Source: a virus
Taxonomy: Duplodnaviria; Heunggongvirae; Uroviricota; Caudoviricetes
IMG/VR virus record: IMGVR_UViG_2778261451_000006
DNA length: 36,228 nucleotides
Strand: one strand, 5' to 3'
The first letter of the stretch is position 1, and the number at the start of each line of letters is the position of its first letter. The translations under genes and the position numbers were made by a program. The notes under the pieces are model-generated. The model did no database searches, was not told where the DNA came from, and was given only the letters and a program-made list of their open reading frames with translations. Below are positions 1 to 8,782 of this stretch, one piece after another.

Positions 1-1254
1 ATGCTGGAACAAATGGGCATTGCCGCGAAGCAAGCCTCGTATAAATTAGCGCAACTCTCCAGCCGCGAAAAAAATCGCGTGCTGGAAAAAATCGCCGATG
101 AACTGGAAGCACAAAGCGAAATCATCCTCAACGCTAACGCCCAGGATGTTGCTGACGCGCGTGCCAATGGCCTTGGCGAAGCGATGCTTGACCGTCTGGC
201 ACTGACGCCCGCACGGCTGAAAGGCATTGCCGATGATGTGCGCCAGGTGTGTAACCTCGCCGATCCGGTGGGGCAGGTAATCGATGGCAGCGTACTGGAC
301 AGCGGCCTGCGTCTTGAGCGTCGTCGCGTACCGCTGGGGGTTATTGGCGTGATTTATGAAGCGCGCCCGAACGTGACGGTTGATGTCGCTTCGCTGTGCC
401 TGAAAACCGGTAACGCAGTGATTCTGCGTGGCGGTAAAGAAACCTGTCGCACTAACGCGGCAACGGTGGCGGTGATTCAGGACGCCCTGAAATCCTGTGG
501 CTTACCGGTGGGTGCCGTGCAGGCGATTGATAATCCTGACCGTGCGCTGGTCAGTGAAATGCTGCGTATGGATAAATACATCGACATGCTGATCCCGCGT
601 GGTGGCGCTGGTTTGCATAAACTGTGCCGCGAACAGTCGACGATCCCGGTGATCACAGGTGGTATAGGCGTATGCCATATTTATGTTGATGAAAGTGTAG
701 AGATTGCTGAAGCATTAAAAGTGATCGTCAACGCGAAAACTCAGCGTCCGAGCACATGTAATACGGTAGAAACGTTGCTGGTGAATAAAAACATCGCCGA
801 TAGCTTCCTGCCCGCATTAAGCAAACAAATGGAGGAAAGCGGCGTGGCATTACACGCAGATGCAGCTGCGCTGGCGCAGTTGCAGACAGGCCCCGCGAAG
901 GTGGTGGCTGTTAAAGCGGAAGAGTATGACGATGAGTTTCTGTCATTAGATTTGAACGTCAAAATCGTCAGTGATCTTGACGATGCCATCGCCCATATTC
1001 GTGAACACGGCACACAACACTCCGATGCGATCCTGACCCGCGATATGCGCAACGCCCAGCGTTTTGTTAACGAAGTGGATTCGTCCGCTGTTTACGTTAA
1101 CGCCTCTACGCGTTTTACCGACGGCGGCCAGTTTGGACTAGGTGCGGAAGTGGCGGTAAGCACACAAAAACTCCACGCGCGTGGCCCAATGGGGCTGGAA
1201 GCACTGACCACTTACAAGTGGATCGGTATTGGTGATTACACCATTCGTGCGTAA
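1..1254 (+). CDS. proA: gamma-glutamyl phosphate reductase (glutamate-5-semialdehyde dehydrogenase), complete
   Basis: 417-aa ORF; translation recognised as near-identical to enterobacterial ProA over its whole length (from memory, not a search). Confidence 0.95.
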   Translation: MLEQMGIAAKQASYKLAQLSSREKNRVLEKIADELEAQSEIILNANAQDVADARANGLGEAMLDRLALTPARLKGIADDVRQVCNLADPVGQVIDGSVLDSGLRLERRRVPLGVIGVIYEARPNVTVDVASLCLKTGNAVILRGGKETCRTNAATVAVIQDALKSCGLPVGAVQAIDNPDRALVSEMLRMDKYIDMLIPRGGAGLHKLCREQSTIPVITGGIGVCHIYVDESVEIAEALKVIVNAKTQRPSTCNTVETLLVNKNIADSFLPALSKQMEESGVALHADAAALAQLQTGPAKVVAVKAEEYDDEFLSLDLNVKIVSDLDDAIAHIREHGTQHSDAILTRDMRNAQRFVNEVDSSAVYVNASTRFTDGGQFGLGAEVAVSTQKLHARGPMGLEALTTYKWIGIGDYTIRA

Positions 1255-1368
1255 ATAAAACCGGGTGATGCAAAAGTAGCCATTTGATTCACAAGGCCAT
1301 TGACGCATCGCCCGGTTAGTTTTAACCTTGTCCACCGTGATTCACGTTCGTGAACATGTCCTTTCAGG

Positions 1369-1444
1369 GCCGATATAGCTCAGTTGGTAGAGCAGCGCAT
1401 TCGTAATGCGAAGGTCGTAGGTTCGACTCCTATTATCGGCACCA
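1369..1444 (+). tRNA. thrW: tRNA-Thr (anticodon CGT)
   Basis: 76-nt sequence GCCGATATAGCTCAGTTGGTAGAGCAGCGCATTCGTAATGCGAAGGTCGTAGGTTCGACTCCTATTATCGGCACCA with cloverleaf arms, CGT anticodon and 3' CCA; follows proA as in E. coli. Confidence 0.9.
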
Positions 1445-1458
1445 TTTAAATCAATAAG

Positions 1459-2622
1459 TTACACATCATTAGTACCTTCCTTATTTTTTGACTGGGACAA
1501 ATTTGGGACCGATGGGTTCAGGATCGAGTCTATTTGCCGTGCGTGTTCGGTAAGGTGATTAGGTGCAAGGTGAGCATATCGACGAACCATTTCGATAGAC
1601 TCCCAGCCTCCCATTTCCTGTAACACTGACAACGGGACTCCGGCTTGAACCAGCCAACTTGCCCAGGTGTGTCTCAAGTCGTGAAATCTGAAATCATCAA
1701 TACCAGCCCGTCTCAGCGCCGCTTTCCAGGCTGTGTTTGCGTCATACCGCATCTTCCTTACTGTTGGCGCTTTCGTTCCGTCTGGTTTGGTACAGCTTTC
1801 CTTGTACACAAATACCCAACGGTGATGATTCCCGATTTGTTTTTTCAAAACGCGACATGCAGTATCATTCAGCGCAACGCCAATTGCGCGGTTTGATTTA
1901 CTCTCTTCCGGGTTTATCCATGCCACCCGGCGCTGCATATCTATTTGTTGCCATTCAAGGTTGATGATGTTCGAGCGTCTTAAGCCTGTTGCCAGTGCAA
2001 ATTCAACAACAGACTTTAATGGCTCCGGACATTCATCAATCAGCCTTTGTGCTTCATGGGGCTCCAGCCAGCGGATCCGTTTATTCTTTGGTTGGGGCAC
2101 TTTAATAATTGGTGCCTTATCCAGCATTTTCCATTCACGCTCTGCGGCTCTTAGTAGGGCCTTTATAAATGAAAGATGCGTAGCCTTCGTTGCAACGGAC
2201 GCTGGTTTTGGCGTGTATTCTGGAACAGGTTTCCCTTTTTTTCTGCATGCTTCTGCCCTGAGTTTCCAGTTTTCCTCATGACGCCGGTTCGTCATTTTCT
2301 GCATTGCTGAATAAATTTTTGATTCAGTAATGTCTCTTAGTTGCATTCCTGCGAAATGTTGAAGCCAGAATCCGATCCGGCTTTTGTCATCGTCCAGTGA
2401 TTTTTTATGTGCTTTCTCTTCAAGCCACCTGACACACGCTTCCTCGAACGTTATATCAGGTATTTCACCAAGTTTGCTGACCCGCCATGCTTCAGCCTTT
2501 AGCTTGTCATGGAGTTCTGTCGCCTGCCTTTTGTCCTTTGTTCCAAGAGACTGTTTAAATCTTTTACCGTTCGGCAATGTGAAACTGGCGTACCATATTT
2601 CACCTCTGCGGAAGAGTGACAT
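1459..2622 (-). CDS. int: phage integrase, tyrosine recombinase (P22 Int-like)
   Basis: 387-aa ORF ending 15 bp from thrW; C-terminal [15 protein letters not shown]...RYAHL tyrosine-recombinase motifs; N-terminus [14 protein letters not shown] recalled as P22-type Int. Confidence 0.95.
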   Translation of the reverse strand: MSLFRRGEIWYASFTLPNGKRFKQSLGTKDKRQATELHDKLKAEAWRVSKLGEIPDITFEEACVRWLEEKAHKKSLDDDKSRIGFWLQHFAGMQLRDITESKIYSAMQKMTNRRHEENWKLRAEACRKKGKPVPEYTPKPASVATKATHLSFIKALLRAAEREWKMLDKAPIIKVPQPKNKRIRWLEPHEAQRLIDECPEPLKSVVEFALATGLRRSNIINLEWQQIDMQRRVAWINPEESKSNRAIGVALNDTACRVLKKQIGNHHRWVFVYKESCTKPDGTKAPTVRKMRYDANTAWKAALRRAGIDDFRFHDLRHTWASWLVQAGVPLSVLQEMGGWESIEMVRRYAHLAPNHLTEHARQIDSILNPSVPNLSQSKNKEGTNDV

Positions 2623-2849
2623 TTTCTTTCCTCTGTTATGCCATCACCCGCGCTCACCTGGACAGTATGCAGCGGAGACTGAAGAGCCGCAATGCAGGCT
2701 TGTCGTGTTGTGAGGTAAGGAGATTTATTCTTAGTGGGATCTTTGCGTGTTGCCTGAAGACGCCCTGTGCGTATCCAGTTAATGGCAGTCGGTCTGGATA
2801 TCTTGAGAAAATGACAGGCCTCATCGAGTGTGAGGCTGTATGGCTCCAT
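2499..2849 (-). CDS. xis: excisionase (Xis), 116 aa
   Basis: Internal ATG at 2849 preceded by GAGGTG Shine-Dalgarno; HTH-like segment [26 protein letters not shown]; 3' end overlaps int start as in lambdoid int-xis pairs. The longer ORF-track version (to 2933) is rejected. Confidence 0.75.
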   Translation of the reverse strand: MEPYSLTLDEACHFLKISRPTAINWIRTGRLQATRKDPTKNKSPYLTTRQACIAALQSPLHTVQVSAGDGITEERKCHSSAEVKYGTPVSHCRTVKDLNSLLEQRTKGRRQNSMTS

Positions 2850-3154
2850 TATTTCACCTCTTGCTGTGACATTGTTGAAAAATGGATACCAGCTCGTTGC
2901 TGCCAGACGATCCAACCGAGAGTCATATCCCATGCCATGTATTCGTTATCGCCGTTTTTTGCTCTCCGACGATCTACTAAGTCACCGAAACGCTTTTCCA
3001 TGAATAATTCATAAGCTTCGCGTTCATCTGGTTCTACTTCCAGAGATAGGAGTGCGATTTCATAAGCACGGCGCTCAATATCGTCTCGCACGTCAAGGCT
3101 GCTGATACGCTCTTTAATTTCTTTAATCAGTTCTTTGTCGGTAAAAGTGGTCAT
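2849..3154 (-). CDS. hypothetical early protein (YfdT-like)
   Basis: 101-aa ORF; stop overlaps xis start by 1 nt; resembles prophage protein YfdT from memory. Confidence 0.6.
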   Translation of the reverse strand: MTTFTDKELIKEIKERISSLDVRDDIERRAYEIALLSLEVEPDEREAYELFMEKRFGDLVDRRRAKNGDNEYMAWDMTLGWIVWQQRAGIHFSTMSQQEVK

Positions 3155-3516
3155 TATGCTCCAGCCTCCGGTGCTTTTGGCATTACTGCCCAGTGAGTGA
3201 TATTGACGTTTTCAAGGTCCCCGACCTGAAATGTCCACTGCCATTCTCCGGTTTCTTTTTGTCCCCAGGTGTACCAGAGAGAACGCCAGCCAATTAGCCA
3301 GCCTTCTCCGTTAGCATCGAATAACAAAACACTTTCATTTGCTGGTGGCAGTTCAGTTGACACTGGTATTACTTTGTTTTCCTGTGCTGCACATTTAGCT
3401 TCAAGCGCATCGAATTTACGCACTAGGTATTCAGCATCTGTTTCATTTACTTTCAGATCTCGCGGTACACATCTCCCACGAAGAAACCCTTCCATTTCGA
3501 AAACATTCATGCGCAT
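3154..3516 (-). CDS. hypothetical early protein (YfdS-like)
   Basis: 120-aa ORF tightly packed in the operon; Trp-rich C-terminus; resembles YfdS from memory. Confidence 0.6.
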   Translation of the reverse strand: MRMNVFEMEGFLRGRCVPRDLKVNETDAEYLVRKFDALEAKCAAQENKVIPVSTELPPANESVLLFDANGEGWLIGWRSLWYTWGQKETGEWQWTFQVGDLENVNITHWAVMPKAPEAGA

Positions 3517-4070
3517 TTGCGTAACTCCGATAACTCGTTAAAGCGTTCCATAAACATCCCGTAGGCATGGCCCGGTGCCAGTGGAATCACGTTGAACATC
3601 TCTGTTGCCGGGATACCTTCCAGTACAGGCCAGAAAGAGCCATCATCAAGCCCGAGATCGCGGCGTTCGGTTGCCAGCATGATGAGATCGGCATATTTCA
3701 CGGGCGTACTCATAACTGGGGGTAACCCGTATTTCTCACGGATTACGGCGTCTATTTTTTCTTCCATTTGTTTATAGTCAGGAAGAAGGCGTTTCAGTGG
3801 TGCGGGAATGTCCTGGCAATACGCTTCTGTTGCATCATGCATTAACGCTTCAAAAGCAAATTCCTGCGGCACCAGCTGGCTGCAAAGAACCGCATGTTGG
3901 GCGACGCTGTAGAAGTGCGAAAGATGACCGGCAAAGCGACAGATATTTGAAAGGGAAACCGCGATATCGTTAATATCGATGTCGTCTTTATTTATCCTGT
4001 CATAATAAAAATGCTTCCCGGAAAAAGTTTTAATAAATGACATTTTGTTCTCCACGTATATGCGCTGCAC
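3507..4070 (-). CDS. HD-domain phosphohydrolase (YfdR-like 5'-deoxynucleotidase)
   Basis: 187-aa ORF with HD-type metal-binding residues (H..H, HD, D spacing in ...CRFAGHLSHF...ALMHDATEAY...). Confidence 0.75.
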   Translation of the reverse strand: MQRIYVENKMSFIKTFSGKHFYYDRINKDDIDINDIAVSLSNICRFAGHLSHFYSVAQHAVLCSQLVPQEFAFEALMHDATEAYCQDIPAPLKRLLPDYKQMEEKIDAVIREKYGLPPVMSTPVKYADLIMLATERRDLGLDDGSFWPVLEGIPATEMFNVIPLAPGHAYGMFMERFNELSELRKCA

Positions 4071-4170
4071 CGCGCTGAATTCTGGTAAAAAGAATCCCTC
4101 ACCATCCGGCGATTATTGAGTAAATTACGTTTCCATAAATGCCCCCGCAGGGGCATTTGCAGTAATGAAA

Positions 4171-4995
4171 TCAGGCGGTGAAAGTACCAATAAAGGTTTC
4201 TACTTTGCTGTCCTTGAATTTCTCAACAAGCAGATCACGAAATTCGTTAGCCATTTCTTCCTGCACCGCCTCCAGCTGAATAATGCGCAGAACCAGTACA
4301 GGACGATCGCCAGTGATAATACTGAGGCGTAATTTAAACGGACGTTCTTTCAGACCTTCAAACGGAACGCATTTAAATTCAAATGCCACTGGCATAATGT
4401 CTTTGGTCTTCGCTTCGACAGACTCCATCAGGGAGCGTTTGCCGCTGAAGTCATTATCTTCAAAATCAGCGGTCTGGTTTGCTTCAATCGTGATTTTACG
4501 GACAGCCGCAGCCGCTTTTGTTGCCTGAATAGCGTCACCATTAGCATCAAAGCCCACAAGATAGTCGGCCCAGTCTTCAATCCATTCTGCCAGTGACTTC
4601 TGGGAGTTACGCTCGCCGTTAACAGACAACAGAGCAGAGAACGGTGCTGTCTTTTTCAGTTTGAGTGTGGCGGTGTTATCTGCGTGACCTGGTTCATCAA
4701 TAGTACCCAGGTTAAGCACACTGACGGCACGCATATTATCAGCATCGATAAAGCAGCGGGTGCCTTCATCTGCAAGATCTTTAGAATAACGGGTAAAGTC
4801 ATCGATGCTGGCAGTGGAAAGCGCACCACGGAAACGGAAGCGATTTAAATTAAATTTTTCCAGATCATGAATGCGGAAATTCTCAGGCAATGCCACAGCA
4901 TCGGCACCAATCTTACTGATAATTTCATTAACACCCTGAGCAGAAATAAGGGCATGGATTTGATTAATTGCGGTTGCGTCTAAGTTCTGAGACAT
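4171..4995 (-). CDS. DUF2303-family prophage protein (YfdQ-like)
   Basis: 274-aa ORF; same size and position as YfdQ in the YfdP-T module; family recalled from memory. Confidence 0.65.
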   Translation of the reverse strand: MSQNLDATAINQIHALISAQGVNEIISKIGADAVALPENFRIHDLEKFNLNRFRFRGALSTASIDDFTRYSKDLADEGTRCFIDADNMRAVSVLNLGTIDEPGHADNTATLKLKKTAPFSALLSVNGERNSQKSLAEWIEDWADYLVGFDANGDAIQATKAAAAVRKITIEANQTADFEDNDFSGKRSLMESVEAKTKDIMPVAFEFKCVPFEGLKERPFKLRLSIITGDRPVLVLRIIQLEAVQEEMANEFRDLLVEKFKDSKVETFIGTFTA

Positions 4996-5060
4996 AATAA
5001 GTCCTCACTATATAAAGATATTCAGTGATGAGATAAATAATCAGTTTATTAAGAACGATA

Positions 5061-5423
5061 TTAATGACCTGCTGCGCGTAGTTTTCCGTCAGGTTCACCG
5101 GCAAGAGTCAGTAATTGTCCCTGGTCTTCCTGCAGAATAGTCAGGCGACCACCGCGATTGACATACATCGGCGTTTCGGTGGTGTCTTCTTCAGAAATTT
5201 TCCCGCGGTTAGTCGGGCGAACATATGAGAGTTTGTGTTTGATTTTCACACGGTTCTCATCAAACGGTTCGATTTCCAGATTGAGTGAGACCTTCCCTTT
5301 GGTTTTCGTGTTCATCACACCGGAAGCGACTTCACTGAGAACTGCGCCGATTTTGGTTTCAAATACGCCGCCGTCCAGCTCCCCGATAAATGCCTGCACA
5401 TCAGTACTGCGTTCGCTAGCCAT
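5061..5423 (-). CDS. hypothetical early protein (YfdP-like), 120 aa
   Basis: Start moved to ATG at 5423 (MASERS...) with AGGAG 7 nt upstream; the 226-aa ORF-track version has a non-protein-like N-terminal extension. Confidence 0.6.
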   Translation of the reverse strand: MASERSTDVQAFIGELDGGVFETKIGAVLSEVASGVMNTKTKGKVSLNLEIEPFDENRVKIKHKLSYVRPTNRGKISEEDTTETPMYVNRGGRLTILQEDQGQLLTLAGEPDGKLRAAGH

Positions 5424-5891
5424 TTTGCTGCTCCTCATCATATCGACCCTGCAAGGTCGGTTGGTTTCTCCACAAAACAGAGAAGAACACCTGCGGTGGC
5501 AGCCGCCCGGATGGATTGGGTTATGAGCCCGTCGTCCGGTGATGCTCTTCTCTGTTTTGTAAAAAGGACGGTACCAGCCGTAAGCAAGGGTACAAACTGG
5601 TACCGCCAGGACTACACACAGCATAAAGTTGTGGTGCCGGGTGCCTCCCGGTGCCTGGCGAAGGTTGCACACCAGGCGGGTGGGTATCCACAGAAGGTCG
5701 ACTGTCAGCCTCAACCTTAACCCGCGTGCGCTGAGCCGCATTCACCACAACGCTAAGGATTCTCTCTGGTTGAAAATACTTAGCTGTTATGTGCCTGCTT
5801 TTAGCCACATCAGGCGAGGTGGACCTGGTTATTCCCCAACAACAAGGATTCGGTTAATCTGGTTATCCCCAACAACGCAAAAGGAAAAGAA

Positions 5892-6326
5892 ATGTCCGGT
5901 AATATCTATACGCTGTACAAATCCCACTGTGAAAATGTTGGAAAGTATCGGGGCATTGAAATCAGTGGGGTAGTGTCATCAGTCGAAATAAGCAAAGTTG
6001 AATCAAGGGCAACATTACTTACTCTTTTGGACCTTGTCTTACATGAGCACCGGAAGAAATTCGGCACTCCCTATAATCAGTTGAATGGGAAAAAGGCTCT
6101 GGTTCACCTTATTCTGATGAAGCATCACTGGATGCCAAAACAGATTAATGAGATGAAATTTGATGAACTTCTTCTTTCAATTCAGGATGAACTCACACTT
6201 GATAAAATAAGCGTAACCGCCCAGAAATTTTTAGATTATCGAGACTGGAGATCACAAATTCATCACTTTGATGATTTTGACGAAAATGAATGGGATCCTA
6301 ATTTGTCTGCACAATATCTAAAGTAA
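5892..6326 (+). CDS. hypothetical protein, AT-rich moron, opposite strand to the early-left operon
   Basis: 144-aa ORF with AAGGAAAAG upstream; visibly AT-rich against GC-rich flanks; two ~18-nt direct repeats immediately upstream; plus-strand terminator at 6564–6587. Confidence 0.5.
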   Translation: MSGNIYTLYKSHCENVGKYRGIEISGVVSSVEISKVESRATLLTLLDLVLHEHRKKFGTPYNQLNGKKALVHLILMKHHWMPKQINEMKFDELLLSIQDELTLDKISVTAQKFLDYRDWRSQIHHFDDFDENEWDPNLSAQYLK

Positions 6327-6504
6327 CATCCTGTGATAAAACCGTGATTTCCTGATCCAGTTTTTTTAAGGAGTCTATTGTTTCCTGTCGATAAGACAGC
6401 ACTTCACGAAGCTGGTTTATAGCTGCCAGCTTCTTTGTCATCCACTCATAAATTTCCTCATCTGTGTAGCCAGGCGCGACGATTTTGGGTTCTGTTTTGT
6501 GCAT
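6298..6504 (-). CDS. hypothetical small protein (68 aa), convergent with the 144-aa gene
   Basis: ATG at 6504 with GAGGAG 7 nt upstream; charged, likely helical sequence; 3' end overlaps the 144-aa gene by 29 nt. Confidence 0.4.
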   Translation of the reverse strand: MHKTEPKIVAPGYTDEEIYEWMTKKLAAINQLREVLSYRQETIDSLKKLDQEITVLSQDVTLDIVQTN

Positions 6505-6563
6505 TTCACATCTCCTCAAGTTATCAGTTACTTGTTGATGGGGACCAGATTGTTAAAGAGCTA

Positions 6564-6587
6564 AGCGTCCTGTAGGGCGCTTTTTTG
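6564..6587 (+). terminator. putative rho-independent terminator
   Basis: Stem AGCGTCC/GGGCGCT (one G-U pair) with TGTA loop, then TTTTTTGTTG. Confidence 0.45.
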
Positions 6588-6751
6588 TTGCTAACGAATC
6601 ATCCTGGACTTCATATGCCCCAGGCGGCTACTTCGTGGGCGTCCTGCCTGTTCGTTTTTGACATTTACTGACTGCTTACGACACATGCACCGTGTTGCAA
6701 CCAGATTTTGTTGTAATCCTGTAGTTGGTCTGGAACAAAAGATAAAATTAA

Positions 6752-6790
6752 ATTGCGAGATATGCAAGTGATATTTGCGAGATATGCAAA
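6752..6790 (-). promoter_or_regulatory. putative left operator (two direct copies of TTGCGAGATATGCAA)
   Basis: Two 15-bp copies 22 bp apart, sharing the TTGCG-N-GCAA pattern with sites in the cI/cro intergenic region. Confidence 0.4.
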
Positions 6791-6800
6791 TTTATAGGTA

Positions 6801-6823
6801 ATAAAAAGCCACCTTTCGGTGGC
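6801..6823 (-). terminator. putative terminator downstream of the repressor gene
   Basis: Stem GCCACC/GGTGGC with TTTC loop; on the minus strand it is followed by a T-run (plus AAAAA 6803–6807), 20 bp past the cI stop. Confidence 0.5.
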
Positions 6824-6843
6824 CGATGGATGGGATATTGAGG

Positions 6844-7536
6844 TTAATTATGTCTCTTAAGGGTTTGCGACTGACTGATTAAGACCTTTCCAAAGACCAT
6901 GAATCGGTGTTCGTTTTCGCTAGTAATTCCCCATTCACGGTAAATCTGGTTATCAGAAATCACCAGCAGTTTGTCAGGAATCATTTGAAGTCTTTTAACG
7001 TATATTTTGTCATCAAAACCAAAGACATATATACCATCACCATCAAACTGATTGATGCTGACATCAACGAAGATGAGATCTCCTGGCTCAATGGTTGGAC
7101 ACATACTGTCCCCACGAACGTTGATAACTTTGATGTGATTGGCTGGTCGTCCGCCGAACATTGATACAGCATTATCAGTTCTGTATTCGATGGCATGAAT
7201 CACATCAATGACATCACCGCCCTGGATAAGGCCATTTCCCGCACTGGCACTGATATCCAGCATTTCAATACGGAACACATCCTTCACCTGCGCAACATCC
7301 TCATTATTACTGTTTTTATATACAGTATTACTTTTGTGGGCAGAGGTAAAGAGATCAGCAATATCAACACCTAAGCTCTTGGCAATATTATTCAGTGTTT
7401 GTTCGGTAAATTGTTTTTGCTTACCCGTTTCTAAGCGCGAGATGTTCGCCGCATCTACTCCTATCGCTTCAGCGAGATCGGCGATTTTCATGTTCTTCGC
7501 TTGGCGAAGTTGTCTGACTCGGTTTCCTATGTTCAT
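6844..7536 (-). CDS. cI: prophage repressor, CI-like (HTH plus S24 LexA-type peptidase domain)
   Basis: 230-aa ORF; N-terminal HTH (VRQLRQAKNMKIADLAEAIGVDAANISRLETGK); C-terminal S24 signature (RGDSMCPTIEPGDLIFVD ... VKRL); divergent from a cro-like gene. Confidence 0.9.
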   Translation of the reverse strand: MNIGNRVRQLRQAKNMKIADLAEAIGVDAANISRLETGKQKQFTEQTLNNIAKSLGVDIADLFTSAHKSNTVYKNSNNEDVAQVKDVFRIEMLDISASAGNGLIQGGDVIDVIHAIEYRTDNAVSMFGGRPANHIKVINVRGDSMCPTIEPGDLIFVDVSINQFDGDGIYVFGFDDKIYVKRLQMIPDKLLVISDNQIYREWGITSENEHRFMVFGKVLISQSQTLKRHN

Positions 7537-7633
7537 GCGTTTATTACATTTCTTTATTGCGTGATAAGCAAATCAACTTGCGCAAAATAATTGCGTGAAA
7601 TAACATGCATAACGCGCAATATTTGGAGGGCGT
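7537..7633. promoter_or_regulatory. divergent promoter/operator region (OR-like) between cI and cro
   Basis: 97-bp AT-rich spacer containing TTGCGTGATAAGCAA (7557–7571), palindrome TTGCGCAA and TTGCGTGAAATAAC...GCGCAA. Confidence 0.5.
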
Positions 7634-7894
7634 ATGCAATCACCATTACGAAATGTGCGTAAGGCGCATGGTTTCACTTTGCAGCATGTTGCTGCGGGTG
7701 TTCAAGTCAATCCAGCGACGTTGAGTCGTATTGAGAGGCTGGAGCAGATTCCATCTATCGAGCTTGCAGAACGTTTAGCCAATTTTTTTAAGGGTGAAGT
7801 CAGCGAAATGCAGATTCTTTATCCGGCACGTTTTCAATCTAGCCAAAACCAGAATGGGTTTAAACCACAGGAACAGGAGGTGAACCGTGGGTAA
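7634..7894 (+). CDS. cro: Cro-like HTH regulator
   Basis: 86-aa ORF with GGAGGG upstream; HTH segment FTLQHVAAGVQVNPATLSRIE; first gene of the rightward operon. Confidence 0.7.
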   Translation: MQSPLRNVRKAHGFTLQHVAAGVQVNPATLSRIERLEQIPSIELAERLANFFKGEVSEMQILYPARFQSSQNQNGFKPQEQEVNRG

Positions 7895-8438
7895 GCATCA
7901 CTGGAAAGTAGAAAAACAGCCTGAGTGGTACGTGAAAGCTGTCAGAAAAACTATCGCAGCGTTGCCGGGGGGGTATGCTGAAGCTGCTGACTGGCTGGAT
8001 GTAACAGAGAACGCATTATTTAACCGCCTTCGTGCCGATGGCGATCAGATTTTCCCGCTGGGATGGGCAATGATTTTGCAACGTGCTGGTGGAACTCACT
8101 TCATTGCTGACGCTGTGGCGCAGTCTGCAAATGGCGTCTTTGTGTCTCTTCCTGATGTCGAGGATGTGGACAACGCCGATATCAACCAACGCCTGCTGGA
8201 GGTCATTGAACAGATCGGCAGTTATTCAAAACAGATTCGTTCAGCAATTGAAGACGGTGTAGTGGAACCGCATGAGAAGACAGCAATTAACGACGAGCTG
8301 TACCTCTCAATTTCGAAGCTGCAGGAGCATGCAGCACTGGTCTACAAAATCTTTTGCGTTTCAGAAAGTAGTGACGCCCGCGAGTGTGCAGCTCCGGGCG
8401 CCGTGGCGTGTCGTGACTGTGGAGAAACTAACGCATGA
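7887..8438 (+). CDS. CII-like regulatory protein (CP76-type)
   Basis: 183-aa ORF from GTG with AGGAGG 6 nt upstream; position and family recalled from memory. Confidence 0.55.
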   Translation: MGKHHWKVEKQPEWYVKAVRKTIAALPGGYAEAADWLDVTENALFNRLRADGDQIFPLGWAMILQRAGGTHFIADAVAQSANGVFVSLPDVEDVDNADINQRLLEVIEQIGSYSKQIRSAIEDGVVEPHEKTAINDELYLSISKLQEHAALVYKIFCVSESSDARECAAPGAVACRDCGETNA

Positions 8439-8773
8439 ACAGTTTAACAACACACTACCGTCGCTCGCAACTGATTGCGCTTCCTGTACCGGGTGGAAAA
8501 GCGAAGGTGGAGTATTGCTATGCAGTAAATGTACCAGGTGACAGGGAAATTGTAACCCACAGCTTTGCTGAGTGGGCTGTGGGTGATTTCAACCGGCAGA
8601 AGGAGACAGTCCTTTGCGACAAGTTAACCGCTGGTTCAAAGATCACTACGGAGTGCCCGTCAGAGTCATTCGTTGGGAGCCGGAAACACAACGAGTTATC
8701 TACCTCCGCGAAGGCTATGAGCATGAGTGCTTCAGCCCGCTCGAACAGTTTCGTCGTAAATTCAGGGAAATAG
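8435..8773 (+). CDS. hypothetical protein; reading frame appears disrupted near 8590–8640
   Basis: N-terminal half is protein-like, C-terminal half is Ser-rich low complexity; a more protein-like continuation exists in the -1 frame from 8587 to 8796. Confidence 0.35.
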   Translation: MNSLTTHYRRSQLIALPVPGGKAKVEYCYAVNVPGDREIVTHSFAEWAVGDFNRQKETVLCDKLTAGSKITTECPSESFVGSRKHNELSTSAKAMSMSASARSNSFVVNSGK

Positions 8774-8782
8774 AGGTCGGTC

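Noticed and set aside
741-1335. Minus-strand ORFs 741–1052 and 1138–1335
   Set aside because: Antisense to, or just downstream of, the confidently identified proA; no start signals; low-complexity translations.
1645-2713. Plus-strand ORFs overlapping int and xis (1645–1896, 1737–1964, 1961–2281, 2384–2713)
   Set aside because: Antisense shadows of the integrase and excisionase genes; Ser/Leu/Cys-rich, non-protein-like translations.
5061-5741. 226-aa minus-strand ORF as listed in the ORF track
   Set aside because: The first ~100 residues are Arg/Cys/Pro-rich and not protein-like and extend into the GC-rich non-coding stretch; the internal ATG at 5423 with an AGGAG site gives a 120-aa protein of the expected size.
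5441-5890. Retron msr/msd RNA or type III toxin-antitoxin antitoxin repeats
   Set aside because: No reverse transcriptase gene is nearby; the direct repeats before the 144-aa gene number only about 1.6 copies, run straight into the ribosome-binding site with no terminator before the ORF, and the protein does not resemble ToxN/AbiQ-type toxins. Left as unexplained structure rather than a named system.
5496-5973. ORFs 5496–5720 (+), 5521–5808 (-) and 5629–5973 (+)
   Set aside because: Mutually overlapping, biased Arg/Pro/Gly composition, no ribosome-binding sites; typical of frames opened by chance in GC-rich non-coding DNA.
6298-6519. TTG start at 6519 for the small minus-strand ORF
   Set aside because: An in-frame ATG five codons downstream (6504) has a much better GAGGAG Shine-Dalgarno at 7-nt spacing, so the shorter 68-aa version is preferred.
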